Assembly: GCA_030390025.1 (NCBI GenBank)
Contig: CM059431.1
Coordinates: forward strand, 150,104,001-150,168,000
DNA: 64,000 nt
Source of the DNA: Squalus acanthias
Taxonomy: Eukaryota
Direction of reading: 5' to 3'
The position numbers and the translations under genes were made by a program. Below, piece by piece: positions 23,200-35,269 of the stretch. Position 1 is the first letter of the stretch. Every line of letters starts with the position of its first letter. The notes under the pieces were generated by a model. It searched no databases. It had not been told where the DNA came from and was given only the letters and a program-made list of their open reading frames with translations.

Positions 23200-26100
23200 A
23201 ATCAGGCTCTCACCCTCTGTCATTCTAGTCCGGTTTGTCTCCCGCTCCCACTCCCCCATAAACCTCTCTTACACTGCTTCCCGCGCCAATCCTCCCCGTC
23301 TGCCCACTACCGTCTGACTCTCTCTTTGTCTTCCCAGAGCTCTCGGCCTGACTGGTCTGGAATTCCCGACTGTCTCCCCCGTCGGTCTCACCTCATTTGT
23401 CTCGCCCTGTCTGTTTATCTCTCTCTGCGTCAAATCCGACTGATTTTTTCTGTCTCCTCGTCTGGCTCACCCCGTCTGTCTGCCCTATCTGTCTCTCTCT
23501 TTGTCACCCACAATCTGACTCGACCTAGGCTCTCTCCAGACCTCTCCATCCCAATCGGTCTGTCTCCCCATATTGTCTGTCGCTGTCTATCTCCCACCAT
23601 ATGTCTCACTCTGTCCCCCTGTTGGTCTCTCTCTCTCTCTATCTCCCACCCTATGCCTCTCTCTCTGTCCCCCTGTTGGTCTCTCTCTCTCTCTCTATCT
23701 CCCACCCTATGTCTCACTCTGTCCCCCTGTTGGGCTCTCTCTCTATCTCCCACCGTATGTCTCTCTCTACCCCCTGTTGGTCTCTCTCTCTCTCCCACCG
23801 TATGTCTCTCTCTGTCCCCATGTTGGTCTCTCTCTCTTTCTCTCTCTCCCACCGTATGTCTCTTTCTGTCCCCCTGTTGGTCTATCTCTCTCTCTCTAAC
23901 TCTCACCCTATTTCACACTCTGTCCCCCTGTTGTTCTCTCTCGCTCTCTATCTCCCACCCTATGTCTCTCTCTGTACCCCTGTTGGTCTCTCTCTCTCGT
24001 ATCTCCCAACCTATGTTTCAATCTGTCCCCTTGTTGTTCTCTCTCTCTCTCTCTCCCACCGTATGTCGCTCTCTCTCCCCCTGTTGGTCTCTCTCTCACT
24101 CTCTCTCTCTCTCACACTATGTCTCTCTCTGTCCCCATGTTGATCTCTCTCTCTCTCTATCTCCCACCGTATTTCTCTCTCTGTCCCCCTGTTGGTCGCT
24201 CTCTCTCTAACTCCCACCGTATGTCTCTCTCTGTCCTCCTGTTGGTCTCTCTTTCACTCTCTCTCCCACCCTATGTCTCTCTCTGTCCCCATGTTGGTAT
24301 CTCTCTCTATCTCCCACCATATGTCTCTCTCTGTCCCCCTGTTGATCTCTCTCTTTCTATCTCCCACCCTATGTCTTTCTCTGTCCCCCTGTTGGTCTCT
24401 CTCTCTATCTATCTATCTCCCACCGTATATGTCTCTCTGTCACTCTGTTGGTCTCTCTCTCTATCTCCCACCGTATGTCTCTCTCTGTCCCCCTGTTGGT
24501 CTCTCTCTCTATCTCTATCTCCCACCCCATGTCTCACTCTATCCCCCTGTTGGTCTCTCTCTCTCTCTATCTCCCACCCTATTTCTCACTCTGTCCCGCT
24601 GTTGGTCACTCTCTATCTCCCACCGTATGTCTCACTCTGTCCCCCTGTTGGTCTCTCTCTCTCTCTCTCTCCCACCGTATGTCTCGCTCTCTGTTCCCCT
24701 CTTTGTCTCTCTCTCTCTCCCACGCTATGTCTCTCTCTCTCCTCCTGTTGATCTCTCTCTCTCTCTATCTACCACCCTATGTCTCTCTCTGTCCCCTTTT
24801 TGTTCTCGCTCTCTCTAACTCCCACCCTATGTCTATCTCTGTCCCCTTGTTCGTCTCTCTCTCTATCTTCCACCCTATGTTTCTCTCTGTCCCCTTGTTC
24901 ATCTCTCTCTCTGTCTCACACCGTATCTCTCTCTCTGTCCCCCTGTTGATCTCTCTCTGAATCCACCAGACATTCTCCTCCCCATCTCTCTCCCCGTTGC
25001 TATCTCTGAACATCTGACCTGTCCTCCTCGTCTGTCTCCACCCCATTTGTTACCATTGTCTGTCTCTCTCTCTGTCTACCCCCGTCTATAGCACTCTCCC
25101 TTTGCCTCCCCGTCTGTATCTCTCCCTCTGTCACCACAGTCTGTATCTCCCGTTTTTGTCTGTCTCTCAGTGTACCTCCCATTTGTCACGCCCATTTGTC
25201 TCCCACTATCTATCTTCCCCCGTCTGCCTCTATCCATCTCTCTCCTTCTCGATGTGTTTCCTCCCCACCCGGACTCTCGTTAACTCTCTAACCCACCCCC
25301 TGTCTCCTTCTATCTCTGTCCCCACCCCAACCCCGCCTTGTCAGTCACTCACACTGTCCTTTCTGGTTTGTCTCCCCCGATCTGTCACCCCGCTATCTGT
25401 CTCTCTCTGCTTGCACAGGACTATCTCCCCTGGTCTGTATCGCCCCGCCACCCTCATCTGTCTCTCTCTGTCTCTCCGGGTCTGTCTCCACTGGCCTTCC
25501 TCCCCTGGTCTGTCACCCCAGTCTGTCACCCCCCGTCTGTCTCTCTCTGTCTTCTCCGGTCTGCCTCGCCCGGTCATCCTCTCTCTGTCTCCTCCGGTCT
25601 TTCTCCACTAGTCTGTATCTGTCTGTCATACCTTCGCCTGTCTGCCCTGACTGTGTCACGGCGACTTTGCCACCCGCTCCCCCCCCCCACCTTCTGCTCC
25701 GTCTGTCTCTCACCATCTGTCTCCCCAATCTGCCGGTTTGTCTCTCTGTCTCCCCTGGTCTGTCTCTCTCTCTCACCTGCTCGCCTGTCTGCCCCGACTG
25801 TGTCACGCTGTCTTTCTCCCCACGCCCACCTTCCTCAACATCTGTCTCCCCCCGTCTGTCTTCCCCACCCCATCTGTCTCCCCTGCTCGGTCTGCACCCT
25901 TCTGTCTCAACCAGTCTGAATCCCCCAGTCTCACTCTTTCTGTCACCCACTTGCCTGTCTTCCCTGACTTTGTCATGCCGTATTTCTCTCTTCCACCTTC
26001 CTCTCTGTCTGGCTCGCTCCGTCTGTCCCCCCCCCCCCCATCTGTCTGTCTCTCTCTCTGCCTCCCCTCGTCTGTCTCCTCTGTCACGCATTTTCCTGTC

Positions 26101-26400
26101 TGCCCCGAATGTGTCATGCTGTCTTTCTACCACACCACCTTCCTCAGCGTCTGTCTCCGCCCATCTGTCACCCCGTCTGTCTCCACCCATCTGTCTCCCC
26201 CGTTCTGTCTCCCCTGGTCTGACACCCCCCCCCCCCCCCCCACCCGCCACAGTCTGTCTTCCCCTGTCTTTATCCCCCGGTCTGTATCCCCCAAAATATC
26301 TCCCCCAGACTGGCACCCACGGTCTTTCTCCACCGGACTCTCTCCCCTGTCTTGCTCTCTCTACCCGGCCATCTTTCTCCCCCGTTATTCTAGTGACGGG
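23200..26400 (+). repeat. Polypyrimidine low-complexity region containing a ~50-55-bp minisatellite (23585-24957)
   Basis: Unit 'ctctatctcccaccgtatgtctctctctgtccccctgttggtctct' with a variable (CT)n length, followed by degenerate 'ctgtctcccc' sequence. Confidence 0.9.
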
Positions 26401-26429
26401 CCTCCTCCTCTCCTAGTCGGGCTGCTTTC

Positions 26430-27030
26430 CATTGCCGCCCGATCCTACGGTAAACGGGCCACCTTCTGCCGGCGCTCCAGATTCTCGCGTCACGCCGCCA
26501 CTCCCCGACCTCGCTTCTGGCAAAAGGGAAACCTCAATGGCAGCAACCGAACGGCGCGAGAAGGCCAGAGAGCGCGAGAGAGAGCCACCATTTTTGTTCG
26601 GGGCTTCAGGGCCAGCATCCTTATGCGGAGCGTCTGAGCCGCCATCTTTGTTAGGGGCGACAGAGCCGCCATTTTTTGCGTAGATCAGTTTCCGCCATCA
26701 TTGTGAGGGGCGCCGCCGCAACCATCTTTGTTCCAGCGGGGCGTCTGATACGCCAACTTTGTTCGGCGCGCCCGTGCCGCTTTCTTTGTGCGTGGCGCCG
26801 TAGCCGCCATCTTTGTGCGGAGCGCCGGGGCCGCAATATTCGTGACGGCACCCGGGGCCGCCAGCTTTGTGCAGGGCGCCGGGGCCGCAATATTTGTGAC
26901 GGGCGCCTGGACCGCAACTTTGTGCGGGTCACCGGAGCCGCCATCTTTGTTATGTGAATTTCCCCGCCGGCGGGCGACTCGGGGTAGAACGGCTAGCCAC
27001 AATATCAGGCCCAGGGAGCTCTCAGGCTGC
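26430..27030 (-). promoter_or_regulatory. CpG island with a tandem ~27-29-bp array of YY1-type motifs
   Basis: Dense CpG. 'gccgccatcttt' and variants repeat about 14 times between 26580 and 26952. Confidence 0.65.
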
Positions 27031-27047
27031 AAAGTCTCCGCTTCACA

Positions 27048-27948
27048 TCATCCTTTAATGAATTTTACAATAAGAGTGAAGGGACATTTCCCCACATTCT
27101 ATAACTGCTCTCTGAATTTAGTCTGTGTCACGGCATAAATCCCAGTGTTTGTGCAGCAACTCAGCATCTGCAACAACAATCCCAATTCCCTTACATAAAA
27201 ACGTGCATAAACAGATTTAGACCCCAAATCCCTCATCCGGATCCATATATAATACATCATAATCACTGCCCACAACAGGATGAAATTGCCGGAGATAACA
27301 AGCAGTAAAATGATGGATTTCCTGCTGCTCTCCATCTCTGGGTCTTTGGGACTCTCCCTACTGCTGGGACCCCGGAGACTTCTGCGGGCTCTGCTGGACA
27401 ATAAAATGTGTCTGACGGTGAGAGCATTGAGCAGCAGAATCACGATAAATGTGACCCCGGGGTGAGAATATAATGAAGGAGCTCGATTGTCCCCCAGACC
27501 CATGAATACACAACATCCATTGTCACCTCACAAAACCAGGGGAGGTTCGCAAGCGGAAACCGATCTGTGAACATAAAATACCAGAAAATGTCCTTTGAAC
27601 CGCTTAGCACAGTCACTGTTCCCAGAACCACAGCCGCCGCATTCTCGGTGCAATATTTAGTTTTCAGCTTCTGGCGACAAATGGCCACTAATCGATCAAA
27701 AGTGAAAGTGACGCAGAACCAGACAGAACAGTCTGTGGCTGCATAAAGCAGGACGGCGTGGATATTACACACGGGGATGGACTCCACGAAACGAAACTGT
27801 TCCCTAAATACAATCGGAATCTGGCTCAATATCAGATCGAGGAGAAGGACCAGTAGATCCGCCGCTACCATTGCCACTAGGTAGCGAGTGACACATTTGG
27901 AGAGACCGCACTTTCCCCGAGACAGGATCACAATCGTAACTAAGTTCA
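27048..27948 (-). pseudogene. GPR139-like class A orphan GPCR, coding exon 2 (end of TM1 to C-terminus), disrupted as assembled
   Basis: Acceptor 'ttcccttcctcacag|TG AAC TTA' at 27948. Translation VNLVTIVILSRGKCGLS..YLVAMVAADLL..FTFDRLVAIC..PWFC..LLLNALTVRHIL..RKSIILLL..LSCCTNTGIY. 1-bp frameshift in the run at 27455-27458; TAG at 27099-27101 lies 16 codons before TGA at 27048. Confidence 0.88.
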
Positions 27949-29124
27949 CTGTGAGGAAGGGAAATAAACAGGGAAATTATACATCAGGCTGGGAGCAAGA
28001 GCAGCAGATAGAAGGAATTCTGGGAGAAATCTGCAACTCATCAGCGACATTCAATGATATAATCTAATTCTATTGCCCGTGTAGTTGAATACAGGGTTTA
28101 TTGTAAGAATAATCGGAAATGTATAGTGGAATTAAGAAATGAAACGGGGATAAATACAACATGAAAGTAACAGATGTTTGATCAATGAGAGATAAAATGG
28201 TAGATCTACCTTCAGCCCACCAGACAGAAGCACCACCCGAAGAACCAGTGACCCAAAGGACCAGAACCTCGGAGGAAGCCTTCGTGTCCCGGGATCAGTC
28301 AGCATTTGGAGCGGTGCAATTCGCTTCCCTGCCCCTGTGTTAGGGAGGGGGAAATCCCGCTTAGATTCCTGCTCCTGGTTAGAATATCCATTATATTTAG
28401 CACTGAAAATAAATGTAACGGCAAAATACAGTAACTGCAATCTTGGTGTGCAATAATTACAGGCAATTATATTTAAAATGCACGACTGTAATATGCAAGC
28501 GCTAAGATAATTAATACAATGGCACTGTAGTTATAAAGATAACTGGGCTGCAAGAAATGTTTTGAAGATTGAGCTTTCTATAGTTTTGTTGAAAGGCTCA
28601 AATTGTGGCTCATTGAACGGAAGATTTTACAAATAACATTGCAAGGAATAGATTCTGGATTAAAATATATAGTTATCATTGACCAGGTAATATCCCACTA
28701 AATGCTTGTATTAGCATCGTAATCAAGCGCCTCATCCCACAGTCAACGAGCCACCGAAGGCTTTCGTAAAGTATCTGAACACAAATGGAAGAGATTTTTC
28801 CTTGTATTTTTCACCTGTTGGTTTCCAAATTGTGCAGAGAATATTAGTCGAGAAAATATGAAATGATTTTCTTATCCTCAGTACTTCAGTTACAATCAGC
28901 TGGGATTGATTATCCTGCAGTACAGCAGGAGGCAATAGAGAATCACTCTGGTTCTCACTGAGAGATCCACTGAACTGTGACAGACAGGCACGGGACACAC
29001 TTGTAAATTCAAAACAAAATTGGTAATAAACGCATTGAAATATGGCTGACTGAACGTTTTTCGAGAATTTAAATTATCCGTGTAATCCTATTCTTACCAT
29101 CAGAAGCAGTATCACTAATGTAGA

Positions 29125-30502
29125 ACGAACTGGAGATGGGAGCAAACGAGACACTTACTGGAACTCAATGATTCGCGGATATTTCAGACATTTATAGATC
29201 AGTTTGTGATCTGTCAGGATTTGTTCCTGTGAATCTGTGTGAGTAACCATACCGACCATTCGTTGAAAACAAAAGCAAATTACTGAGGATGCTGGAAATC
29301 GAAAATAGAGCAGGAAATGTTTTAAATGCTCAGCAGGTCAGGCAGCATCTGTGGAGAGAGAGAGAGTTAACGTTTCAGGTCGATGACCTTTCGCCATTCA
29401 GTGAAAAGTCTCCTCAACCAAGACAACATTCTTCTGATCTGTTACAAATGTTCAGTGTAGATAGCAGAACGAAATTCGTTAAGCAAAGAGTCACGTGCAA
29501 TACTTTTTCTTGAGTTGCTTATACAACAATTGAATCTTGGTAATACCGTATCACCTTCAGAATCAATAGCCGACAGCAGTGCGCATGGGATGGAGAATGA
29601 CAAGGAGAGAAATACAGATAAACATGATTTATAGAATTCATAGCGGGATACAGAGACTTACCAGGAACACCAACAGTAGCGAGGATGTGCCAGTCTTTTT
29701 AAACAACTCTTGCATCAACAAAGATGCAAGAGCAGAGGGATCTGGGGGTTCATATCCACAGATCTCTGAAGGTTGCCACTCAAGTGGATAGAGCAGTAAA
29801 GAAGGCCTATGGTGTGTTGGCGTTTATTAACAGAGGGTTTGAGTTTAAGAACCGTGAGGTTATGCTGCAACTGTACAGGACCTTGGTGAGACCACATTTG
29901 GAATATTGTGTGCAGTTCTGGTCACCTCACTATAGGAAGGACGTGGAAGCATTGCAAAGAGTGCAAAGGAGATTTACCAGGATGCTGCCTGGTTTGGGGG
30001 GGAGGTCTTATGAGGAAAGATTGAGGGAGTTGGGGCTTTTCTCTTTAGAGCGGAGGAGGATGAGAGGCGACTTAATAGAGGTTTATAAGATGATGAGGGG
30101 GATAGATAGAGTGGATGTTCAGAGACTATTTCCTCGGGTAGAGGCAGCTGTTACAAGGGGGCATAACTATAAGGTGCATGGGGGGAGATATAGAAGGGAT
30201 GTCCGAGGTAGATTCTTTACTCAGAGAGTGGTTGGTGTGTGGAATGGACTGCCTGCTGTGATAGTGGAGTCGGACACTTTAGGAACTTTCAAGCGGTTAT
30301 TGGATAAGCACACGGAGCACACCAGAGTGATAGGGAGTGTGATAGCTTGATCTTGGTCTCGGACAATGCTCGGCACAACATCGAGGGCCGAAGGGCCTGC
30401 ACTGTGCTGTACTGTTCTATGTTCTATGTTAACTTGAAACACAGAATACCAGTAATCAATCAGTATACCACGGTAAATAGCAAGAATAATATTACAGTGT
30501 AA
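29125..30502 (-). repeat. Intron block of the minus-strand GPCR; inverted paralog of 63300-64000
   Basis: For example 'gcgaggatgtgccagtct.tttaaacaac', 'aaatagcaagaataatattacagtgtaa' and 'gcggatatttcagacattta' all match the reverse complement of 63300-64000. Confidence 0.9.
29728..30429 (+). mobile_element. Young 5'-truncated CR1, near-identical to the 3' part of 5724-8430
   Basis: ORF 29724-30350 repeats EQRDLGVHIHRSLK...FKRLLDKH almost exactly. Tail 'ttctatgttctatgtt'. Confidence 0.96.
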
Positions 30503-30504
30503 CA

Positions 30505-31582
30505 TGGGCCCAAAAATTAGTCCCGCGACGCGCGAGTACGCACTGTGTACTCTCGCGTATTCTGTCAACAATTGCCGGTTTTCCGCATGCACTGCGCATG
30601 CGCTGAAAACCGGCGCTTGGTTTTTGGAAAAGGGGGCGGTTCCTCGGTGCACCGCGTGCGCGCTACATGCTGCGCGCACGCTGTGCACTTAGTGCTTTGG
30701 ACGCGCAGGTAAGGACGGTAGATTTTAGAAATGAAAAAAGGAGGAGTAAGACCCACTTTTAACAAGGTAAGTAGTGAATTAAGTATTATTTTGAATTTTT
30801 TTAACATGTATATCTTTTTTAGAGACTTTAAAGACAGGTAAGTTTATTTTTATAACTTTTTAAAAGATTTTAAATTTTTTCAAAAATTTAATTTTTTATT
30901 TAAAATGGTTAATTTATTTAACTATTCTTATTTTATTAATGTGATGGTTTTAAAAAAAAAATAATTGAGGTTTAGCTGTTATTTTGGGGGTGTGTAAGAT
31001 TCATAGCTTTCACAGCACTCATGTGAAACTTATGAATGGAAGATGGTGTGCTGCCATTGGCTCTAACTGAGTCACGTGATCCCACAGCTCGCACGAATTC
31101 ACGACGCCGGTGGGATACGCAAGCACTGCCCAGCTGATGTCCAGAACATCAAGTTCGGACGAGCTGGGTCTGAAAAAGCCAACGCGGAGTGAGAGAACGC
31201 GGGGAAGCCTTACCCCCGCGTCAATACTCAGTCTTTAATTTGTGGGCCAGTATTAATGTGATGGCTTTTTTTTAAATGTAGTTGTGGTTTAGTTGTTCTT
31301 TTGGGGGTTTGTAGTATTCATAGCTTTGACAGCTCTTGCCGTCAAAACTATGAATGGAAGATGGCGTGCTGCCATTGGCTCTAACTGAATCACGTGATCC
31401 CAGAGCTCGCACGAACTAATTGCGCCTCTGGGTCACGCAAGCACTGCACGGTTCCAACAGAGAGAGCCTTTGAAACTAAAGTTCGTGTGGGGCCGGAGCA
31501 AAAACGTAGGCGCGGAGTGCGATATCGCGGGGAATCCTTACCCCAGTGTCAACCATACATGTTTAATTTCTGGGCCAGTATT
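30505..31582. mobile_element. Non-autonomous DNA transposon (MITE-like, probably Harbinger-related) with a tandemly duplicated right end
   Basis: Left end 'tgggcccaaaaatt' (30505). Inverted matches 'aatttgtgggcca' (31237-31249) and 'aatttctgggcca' (31565-31577). ~317-bp direct repeat starting at 30934 and 31251. Confidence 0.65.
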
Positions 31583-31799
31583 TCTCTAAATATGTGTGAT
31601 ATATTTATAGGCACATTTATTAATTGTTTTTGGAATCTTTCCTGGTTTCTCTCATTTCACCCTTGCGCACAGGGGGACGCTGTGACCCACCATGAGAAAG
31701 GGATTGAATGATGGGGATGTGGTGAACTACGGGGATCTCTGGTTTCCCTCATGCGTATCGGAGTCTGATGAGCTGGTCACAGACGGCCCATCCAGAAGG

Positions 31800-32937
31800 C
31801 CGATTGTCTCACTGCCTCCACACTCCCCCCTGTTCCTCTTGCTTCTCTTCCTCCGCCTCCTCGTCCTCCTCATCCTCGTCCTCTCCCTCGTCCTCCTGCT
31901 GAGGTGGTCCCGCAAAGCCTGCTGGCAAGGGCTGCGCTCTCATGAATACCAAATTGTGGAGCATGCAGCAGAACACCTCGAAATGGGATACCGGCTCAGC
32001 GTAGTACAGGAGGGCTCCTCCGGAGCGGCCAAGGCAGCAGAACCATTGCTTCAATAAGCCGAGGATCTGCTCGATGATGTTCCTGGTGGCAGCACGGCTC
32101 CCATTATATGAATGCTGAGCATGAATGTTGGAGTTGTGGAGAGGAGTCATTCGCAGGTGGAGAGCGGCTAGCCCTTGTCTCCGAGCGGCCAACCTGCAAC
32201 TTGACGTGATGGCTGAAAGAGTGCTGGCACACCGGTCTGGCGTTGGATGAAGGCAAAATGGCTGCAGCCAGGACTTGAGCATTGACATGGAGGATTCGCG
32301 GTATGTGATCGCACATCAAATGCACATTAAGTGATTGGTAGCCTTTGCTGTTACGGAAGATCTCAGGATTGTTATGCAGTGCTTGCAAAGCCACGTGGGT
32401 GCAGTCGATGGCGCCCTGCACCATGGGGAAACCCCCTCTCATGGCAAAGCAACATGCAAGCTCGTCATGCTTCTCTCTGGTGATCAGGAAGCCAATGTAA
32501 TCTTTTCTCCTGGTGTAGGGAGCCTCAGTTAGCTCCCGGATGCAGCGTTGAATGGCGAACTGTGCGATGTTAGCTATGTCTCCTGCTGCAGACTGGAAGG
32601 ATCCTCTGGCGAAGAAATTGAGGGCCACGGTGACCTTGACTGACACTGGGAGAACCGTGGTTGCCTTGGCTGAGGCTGGTGGTCTGGTTGCAGGAGGTGG
32701 GCGGAGTTCTGTGACCACCTCCTTGGTGAAACGAATTCTCCGAACACACTGCTCCTCGCCTAATTGAAGGTAGGAGCACTGATGTCGGAAGACCCTGGGA
32801 TGGTAAGGCCTCCGCTTGAGATCCCTGATAGCCCTCCTCCTCCTCCCTCTGCGCACATTGTCCCGTCTTTTTCGCTGCCTCCGCTCCCTCCGCCTTAGAT
32901 GCTGGAGTGCGAGCTCGACTGTCAGTACAGTCCCCAT
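31800..32937 (-). mobile_element. PIF/Harbinger (HARBI1-like) DDE transposase, frameshifted remnant
   Basis: ORF 32104-32937 'KVTVALNFFARGSFQ..GD..GFPMVQGAIDCTHV..FRNSKGYQSLNV..CD'. ORF 31809-32288 'MTPL..YN..TRNIIEQILGLLK..CCMLHN' followed by an acidic tail. Confidence 0.92.
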
Positions 32938-33317
32938 GACTTACAGCAAGTACTGCAGTTTGAAGCGCCTCAAAATTGATGAGGAAGTGTTTTACCTGCC
33001 GGAATACTCCCTGATACTAAATAAACTTGAAATAACTGAAGACAGCTCTTGCAGTTGCAGGAAGTAGCACACAGACACTCAAACTGGAAAACCCTGTCAG
33101 GGGCGAGTTTTTGGTGAGTATCACTTTAAATTTTATCGCTGGAGCCGGCATCCTGCACATTGTGGAGGAGTCCAACTCGCTTGGCATGCTGGGAGATGTA
33201 GCTCCGTTTTCGTCACAACAACACCCGGAGCAACATAGTTAATTAAATAAATCTGGAATAAAAAACTGGTATCAGTAATGGTGACATGAAACTATCGGAT
33301 TTTTATGAAATCCCCAT

Positions 33318-33900
33318 CTGATCATTGTCCATTGACCACTGGTTTAGATCGACATGAAAACGCCAGGTTCCTGCTCCTGATCACTATCCAGTGAACCCTG
33401 GTTATCGAGAGTGGAAATCAGACAGTACTTTTGCTCCTGATAACTGTCCAGTGGCACATGGTTTAGAGAGAGGTGAAACAGCCAGGGTTCCAGGAACTGA
33501 TCATTGTCCACTGGGCCCTGGTTTATAGAGAGTGGAAATTATCCAGTGTTCTTGCTCCTGATAATTTTCTGGTGACGCCTGGGTTTGGGCCTGTTTGATT
33601 GAGCCTCTGTTCCTGCTCCTGGTCACTTTCCAGTGACATCTGATTTAGAGAGTGTGGAAATTATAGAGGGTTCCTGCTCCTGATCATTGTCCAGGGACTT
33701 CTGTGTTGGAAATGGTGGGATTGAGCCAGGTTTCCTGCTCCTGAGCACTGTCCAGTGACCCCTGGTTTAGAGACTGGCGAAATTAGCCAGGGTTCCTGCT
33801 CCTGAGCACTGTCCAGTTAACTCTGATTTAGAGAGTGGGGAAATTAGCCAGGGTTCCTGCTCCTGATCAGTGTCCATTGTACCCTGTGTCCGAGAGAGTG
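33318..33900 (+). repeat. ~60-61-bp minisatellite, about 10 copies
   Basis: 'cctgctcctgatcactgtccagtgacccctggtttagagagtggaaattagccagggtt' variants near 33371, 33432, 33552, 33612, 33673, 33735, 33795 and 33856. Confidence 0.9.
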
Positions 33901-33902
33901 AG

Positions 33903-35268
33903 GAAATGTAACCCCACTATTTAAGAAATGAGGGAGAGTGAACACGAATGACTACAGATAACTTAGCCTGACATCAGTAGTAGGGAAAATGCTAGAATCT
34001 ATTATTAAGGACTTGATAACAGGGCACTTATAAAATAATAATGGTATTGGGCAGAGTCAATACGAATTCCTGAAAGGAAAATCGAGTTTGACAAATCTGT
34101 TCGATATTTTTGAGGTTGTAACTGGCAGAATAGATAAGGGGGAACCAGTGGATGTGATGTATTTGGATTTACTGAAATCATTCGATAAGTTGCCAAACAA
34201 GAGATTAATAAACTACATTAGGGCACATGGGATTGAAGGTAATATACTAGCATGGATTGAAGTTTGGTTAACGGACAGAAAACAGAGAGTAGGAATAAAC
34301 GGGTCATTTTAGGGCTGGCTGCTCTAACTACTGGGGATCTGCAAGAATAAGTGCTTGGGCCTCAGCTATTCCCAATCTACATCAATGATTTAGATAATGG
34401 GACCAAATGTAATATGTCCAAGATTGCTGATGATACAAAGCTGGGTTGGAATGTGTGTTGTGAGGATGACTCAACGAGGTTTCAAGGGAATATAGATCGG
34501 CTGAGTGAGTGGGCAAGTAATAAGTAAATGGAATATAATGTGGAGAAAGATGACGTTATCTATTTACATAGAAAAGCAGTGTATTTTTTTAAATGATGAG
34601 AGATTGGGAAATGTTTCTGCTCAAAGGCACCTGCGTGCCCTCGTGCACGAATCACTAAAAGTTACCATGCAGGTACAGCTAACAATTAGGAAAACAAATG
34701 GATGTTGAGCTTCACTACAATAGCATTTGAGTTTATGAGTACAGACGTATTACTGCAATTCTATAGTGCCCTGTTGAGATCACGCCTGGAGTATTGTTTT
34801 CAATTTTGGTCTCCTTACCAAAGGAAGGATACACTTGCCACAGAGGGAGTGCAACGAAAGTTCACCAGACTGATTCCTGTGATGGGGGGATTGTTCTATC
34901 AGAACTAGCCCTATATTCTCTCGAGTTTAAAAGAATGAGAGGTGATCTCATTGAAACATACACAATTCTTTCAGGGATTGACAGGGTAGATGCAGGGAGG
35001 ATGATTCCCATGGCTGGGGAGTCTAGAACCAGGCGTCACAGTCTCAGCATAAAGTGTCGGCCATTTAGGACTGAGATTAGGAGAGATTTCTTAACTCGGT
35101 GGATGGTGAATCTTTGGAATTCTCTACGCCAGATAGCTGTGGAGGCTTAGTCGTTGAGTATATTCAAGGCAGATATTGTTAGATTTTTTGAATATTAAGG
35201 TTATCAAGGGAGATGGTGATAGTGCAGGAAGATGGAGATTATTTGGAAGACCAGCCATGATCTTATTA
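33903..35268 (+). mobile_element. Degenerate CR1 (RT domain to 3' end)
   Basis: 'TNLFDIFEVVTGRIDKGEPVDVMYLD' and 'LYSLEFKRMRGDLIETY'. Confidence 0.9.
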
Positions 35269-35269
35269 A

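Noticed and set aside
23152..26637. Long overlapping ORFs with repeated 'LSPCWSLSL' and similar
   Set aside because: Minisatellite and low-complexity translation.
26651..27138. Ala/Arg-rich ORFs in the CpG island
   Set aside because: A GC-rich tandem repeat open on both strands with no recognisable protein features.
29662..29727. True exon 1 of the minus-strand GPCR
   Set aside because: There is an in-frame TAA a few codons upstream of LATVGVPG, and the position corresponds to an intronic repeat unit in the plus-strand paralog.
31800..32937. Domesticated HARBI1 host gene
   Set aside because: Multiple frameshifts and damaged motifs fit a decayed transposon copy.
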